Positions 60,437 to 64,000 of a stretch of 64,000 nt of DNA are shown here, piece after piece; position 1 is the stretch's first letter, and each line of letters opens with the position of its first letter. Made by a program: the position numbers and the translations under genes. The stretch lies in the NCBI GenBank assembly GCA_002189035.1, contig NEEC01000004.1, forward strand, positions 2,046,001-2,110,000, written 5' to 3'. This DNA comes from Utricularia gibba (Eukaryota > Plantae > Magnoliophyta). The notes under the pieces are model-generated. The model had not been told where the DNA came from. It saw nothing but the letters and a program-made list of their open reading frames with translations, and ran no database searches.

Positions 60437-60995
60437 TAATTATGTTGCTTTCAACTTTGTTTGCATTTTAAATATTCTAATCTAATGAATCATTATTTTG
60501 AATATAATGAATTAAAGATAATGAATATTATCTACATTTAAAAATTTAGTTCAAAAGTAAAAATTTGTTCAGAACACTACAATCTGTTTTTGTTTTTGCT
60601 AACTTTACTTCTACTTTTGAAAAGTATTTGTACAAAAGTAAAAGTATATTATAAAAGTTTTGTAGAACACATCCTAAAATACGCAAAGGGAGAATCATTA
60701 GAACTAAAGGGGTTTTGCAATAGTGATTATGCTGGAGATAAAACTGATAGAAAATCTACCTTTGGCTATATATTTCTTCTTTCGAAAACAGCAAGTGGCC
60801 ACACAATTCTCATCTAAAGCAGAATACATCTAAGCTACTGTATCATCAAATCAATCTATTCGGATTAGAAAACTTAAGAAATATCCATCTGATATGCCTA
60901 GCACTTGTATAGAAAATCAACCCTAATGCCCCAGAAACCAACTTGAGAGATGCTAAGGAAAAAGGAGGAGCTTTGGGCCTATGGCCTATACCAAC

Positions 60996-63000
60996 ACTTA
61001 TGTTGGATCTCTATTTAACACCATTTTCCTTTTTGTTGGATCTCATATTCACTATGCCTTGGTCACTTCACTATACCCCATGACAACACTTATTTCACTC
61101 TTCTTATCCAATTTTTTTCTCAAAGCTTCAAGTATGTGTTTGAAATAGGTGCATCTATAGACCCTAAGACGGTTCATTATAGGTATTCTTCCTATCCACA
61201 ATTCATTAGGGATTTTATATTCAATTATGCCCCTTATAGGTAAGCAATTTAAAAATTAGATAACTATATTTACCGTTTCTCCTCAAAATATTTCAAGCAA
61301 GTTCCCTTGAAACAGTAGACATTGTGCACCATGTCCAAAAAAGTACGGTTTATTCTCTCACATGTCCTATTATGCTATGGAGTATAAGGTATGGTGAATT
61401 ATTGCACTATACCCAATTTTTCACATAGCTCCATTATTTCATACGAAATATATTCTCCTCCACTGCTTGATCAAAGAAATTTGATTATGTGTCCACTTTT
61501 AGTTTATTTAAGAGAAAGTTGATTGTGGGGATCAAATCTTATATGCCAGAGTATCATATTTTGCTTATTTTGCGCTGATAAGCATATCTCATGTAAATTT
61601 GGTTTCTCTCTCAAGAAGTTTATACAGAACACTTGGTTTATCATGGAATTTCTAACACTTTATTTCTTGTAGGATCTGCGATAATACACATGCAATTAGT
61701 GAAAATATCTCAAATTGTTTACTTACAAACTATCCAAGCTTGAGTTGATTATGTGAGGCTGTTAGCATGTAGAAAACATATGTGATGGTTATATTTTTGC
61801 TGGTTGTCTTCAATCTAATGTTTTCTTTTTTCGAGAGCTTGTATTGAGGTTTCATTTGCTATCTCAATTTTCTTTCCTATCAAAGGTGAATAGTTTTCAA
61901 AGATTGAAAGATTGTTGGATATGTGATTTGATGAACCATTGTCTAAGAGTCACATTAGCTTCTCATTGAAATATGTTGTTGTTGTTCAGATTGTATGTTT
62001 CCTTGAAAACATGTTGATATAGTGTGAATATGTTTCATTCTCATTCATATGCTTAAAGAATATATTTTCCAAAGCTTTGGCAAGCATCTCTACATCAAGC
62101 CTCACATTTAGACTCTCATTTTGTCTAGATAATTGCTTATGAACTTGAGTGATTACATCTTTTTCAAATTGCAATCTTGTGCTTAAAGAACCACAAAATC
62201 ATTTTGGATTCCACAAGCAATACTCAGGAAGGTAAAAATTTGAAATCTTGCATATTGGGTATAAGGCCAAGAGCCTAGTGATGGTTACGCATCCCACATT
62301 GGTTACAGAGGATGTGCTTAAATAGAGAGACCTCTCCTAATCTTGCATGAGGCCTTCCCCCAAGAAGGAGAGAACATAAAACTATGAGTGTTGGGTGCCC
62401 AAAGCGGACAATATCACGCAAGGCGAGTGAGGGTCGTGACATTGGGCATGAGGGAAAACTGTTATCTTTTTCTTTGAACTTGTTTTCAACTCTAAGTGCA
62501 GGTGGCTTGTAGACTCTTTTGTGTTGTTTATCTCCATTCTTGGAACTAAAGGTTATTGTATTGAATGCTTTTTCTTTGACATCTAGAGGCTTGTTATGCA
62601 ATCCAAATGCTTTAATTCACAACCTTCAATTTTTATTAGCTCAACAAGAAACTGGACAAGATCTCCTAATGTCAATTGAAGGTTGTTGAGAGCACTCCAT
62701 TAGTGAGAAATCTATGTAGCTTAGTTCTTAACATTATCCATGCCTCCTTTGGAGTTTCAAAATCTTGGATAACCTCATATGCCTCTCACATAATGGCAGC
62801 ATCAAAGATGGCATAAACTTTTCTTTCTTTTGTTTTGTAGTTTTTTGAGGATTACAACATCAATAGTTCTTCTTCAAAAAGTAATCCCATAAATCTTGAT
62901 GTTGTTGAATTTTGATGAGATAATTCGAATGTTTCCTTTGAGACTATGCAAAGTAGATGAACTCTACCTTAAGCAACAACACAAAGAAGAAGATGGAGAA
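60996..63000 (-). mobile_element. Second decayed Ty1/copia element in opposite orientation (gag to integrase/SH3 region)
   Basis: Minus strand gives gag ETPKEAWIML, a zinc-knuckle region, integrase-like segments and CVVMGYSEVTKA*RI*DPTKRKMVLNRD, which ends abruptly against the first copia's LTR fragment. Confidence 0.75.
62283..62441. mobile_element. TRIM-like short solo terminal repeat nested in copia gag
   Basis: ~160 bp with ATCCCACATTGG near one end and AAAGCGGACAATATC..GGGTCGTGACA at the other, motifs I recall from plant TRIM repeats. TSD unclear. Confidence 0.55.
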
Positions 63001-63304
63001 AAAAAAAGAAAAAATTGAGCAAATATGAATGATTGGACCTTATGAAACATGTGAAATAATATTGATGAAAAAATAGAATGGCCTACACGAGTAAGGGCCC
63101 ACTGATAGTACATGAAGTAAAGTTGCAATCTAAACGGTTATTTTCCTTACCATTGATAATACATGGACCTTATGAAGCATATGAAATAAAGTGCTCACTT
63201 TCTTGAGTAAAAACATCATACAACATTTCTGAATCTTTATAAAAGCTCAACATTGACAAACATCAAAACATCTCTTGTGGTTTTCCGTTTTTGCAAGATC
63301 AAAA

Positions 63305-63600
63305 TGGCAAAAAACAGCTCCAACACACTCTTACCTCGTGTATTTGATGCTCAAAATTATACAAAATGGGCAGCTAAGATGACAAATCATATGAAAATGC
63401 TCAAACTTTGGGAGGTTTTCACTTTGGGATCAACCTTCGCTCACTTTTATGCTATTGCTAGTCCCAAATGAGAAGAAAAGAAACTTTAGACTCATAGTAT
63501 GCTCGATGCAACAATTGATGGGAAAGCTCATGACCATATTATCACCTGCACTTCACCAAACGAAGCAGGGAGTGTACTAGTTGAAGAATGATGGTGTCAG
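63305..63600 (+). mobile_element. Copia gag N-terminal fragment
   Basis: MAKNSSNTLLPRVFDAQNYTKWAAKMTNHMKMLKLWEV, then degenerate CTSPNEA. Confidence 0.65.
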
Positions 63601-63779
63601 GAAAAACAAATTCGACCATAGGCAATACAATGGCATACGCATATAAATTGGTCCCAGGCAACCAATAAAGTAGGTGCACACTTGCGAGGAAAGGAAAAGG
63701 TTGGCATCAGATGCCAATCATTTTAATATATTTTGAAAAATAGCCAGCCTATAGGATTTCAAGCTAGATGATAGTTGCC

Positions 63780-64000
63780 TGTTAGTAGGACCACATACAA
63801 GATCAACCTTATCCTGTCAGGTGTAGAAAGTAGCTGTCATTCTCAGCGATCGGTCGACCAGGGGTCTTCTATAAATAGGAGCCCAACTCAATGGAAACGC
63901 ATTCGACATTCTACACTCTTGATGCGCCTTTGTAATTTTCTCTTTTCTCCTTAGTGAAATCCTTTCTAAGATGAGCTCCCCGAACTTTGTGGTTTTCCAT
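63780..64000 (+). mobile_element. Tat-like LTR running to the window edge
   Basis: Shares GTGTAGAAAG-TAGCTG, TCGGTCG, TATAAATAG and GTGGTTT(T)CCA with the LTR at 35973-36504. Confidence 0.6.

Larger units (their letters stand above)
56115..60674 (+). mobile_element. PIF/Harbinger DNA transposon, 4560 bp, structurally complete
   Basis: TIRs GGGTGTGTTCTAGAAAACTTTTA / revcomp GGATGTGTTCTACAAAACTTTTA (21/23), TAA TSD at 56112-56114 and 60675-60677. Excision restores copia RT codons YELKYAKG. Confidence 0.95.
52100..60995 (+). mobile_element. Decayed Ty1/copia element: 5' LTR ~52100-52535, gag-pol remnant, RT split by a Harbinger, partial second LTR copy ~60879-60992
   Basis: gag PPNFDSTHYVVWAKMM, zinc knuckle C..CHKNGHIVRVCP, WHKRLGHVN, integrase, RT YQLDMKVAFSNG..KLHKALYDLKQS..LYVDDIL, then CNSDYAGDKTDRKST. 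A ~115-bp LTR segment (52119-52229) recurs at 60879-60992. Confidence 0.88.

Overview
Plant (angiosperm, probably eudicot) nuclear DNA; the ORF track is fragmented by spliceosomal introns, so I reconstructed genes by hand from GT..AG junctions and family motifs recalled from memory. Bases 1-26.7 kb are a compact gene block: LACS9 (+, start upstream of the window), a non-RD LRR-XII receptor kinase (-), F-box protein 7 (+), YIF1 (-), UDP-sugar pyrophosphorylase (-, +1 frameshift in its last exon), PEX1 (-) head-to-head with KELP (+), and SWEET1 (-). From 27 kb on, two genes (a divergent SPT5 and a 'pathogen-related' protein) sit among transposon remnants. Two nested structures resolve to the base. 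(1) A decayed plastid trnI-trnA fragment is split by a 5.8-kb Mutator-like element, which is itself split by an internally deleted Tat-like LTR element. (2) A 4,560-bp PIF/Harbinger element with TIRs, TAA TSD and both ORFs is inserted in the RT of a copia element. I found no evidence of a novel multi-gene pathway. The most interesting signals are these nests, the repeat arrays inside the Harbinger, the USP frameshift and the LRR cassette exon.
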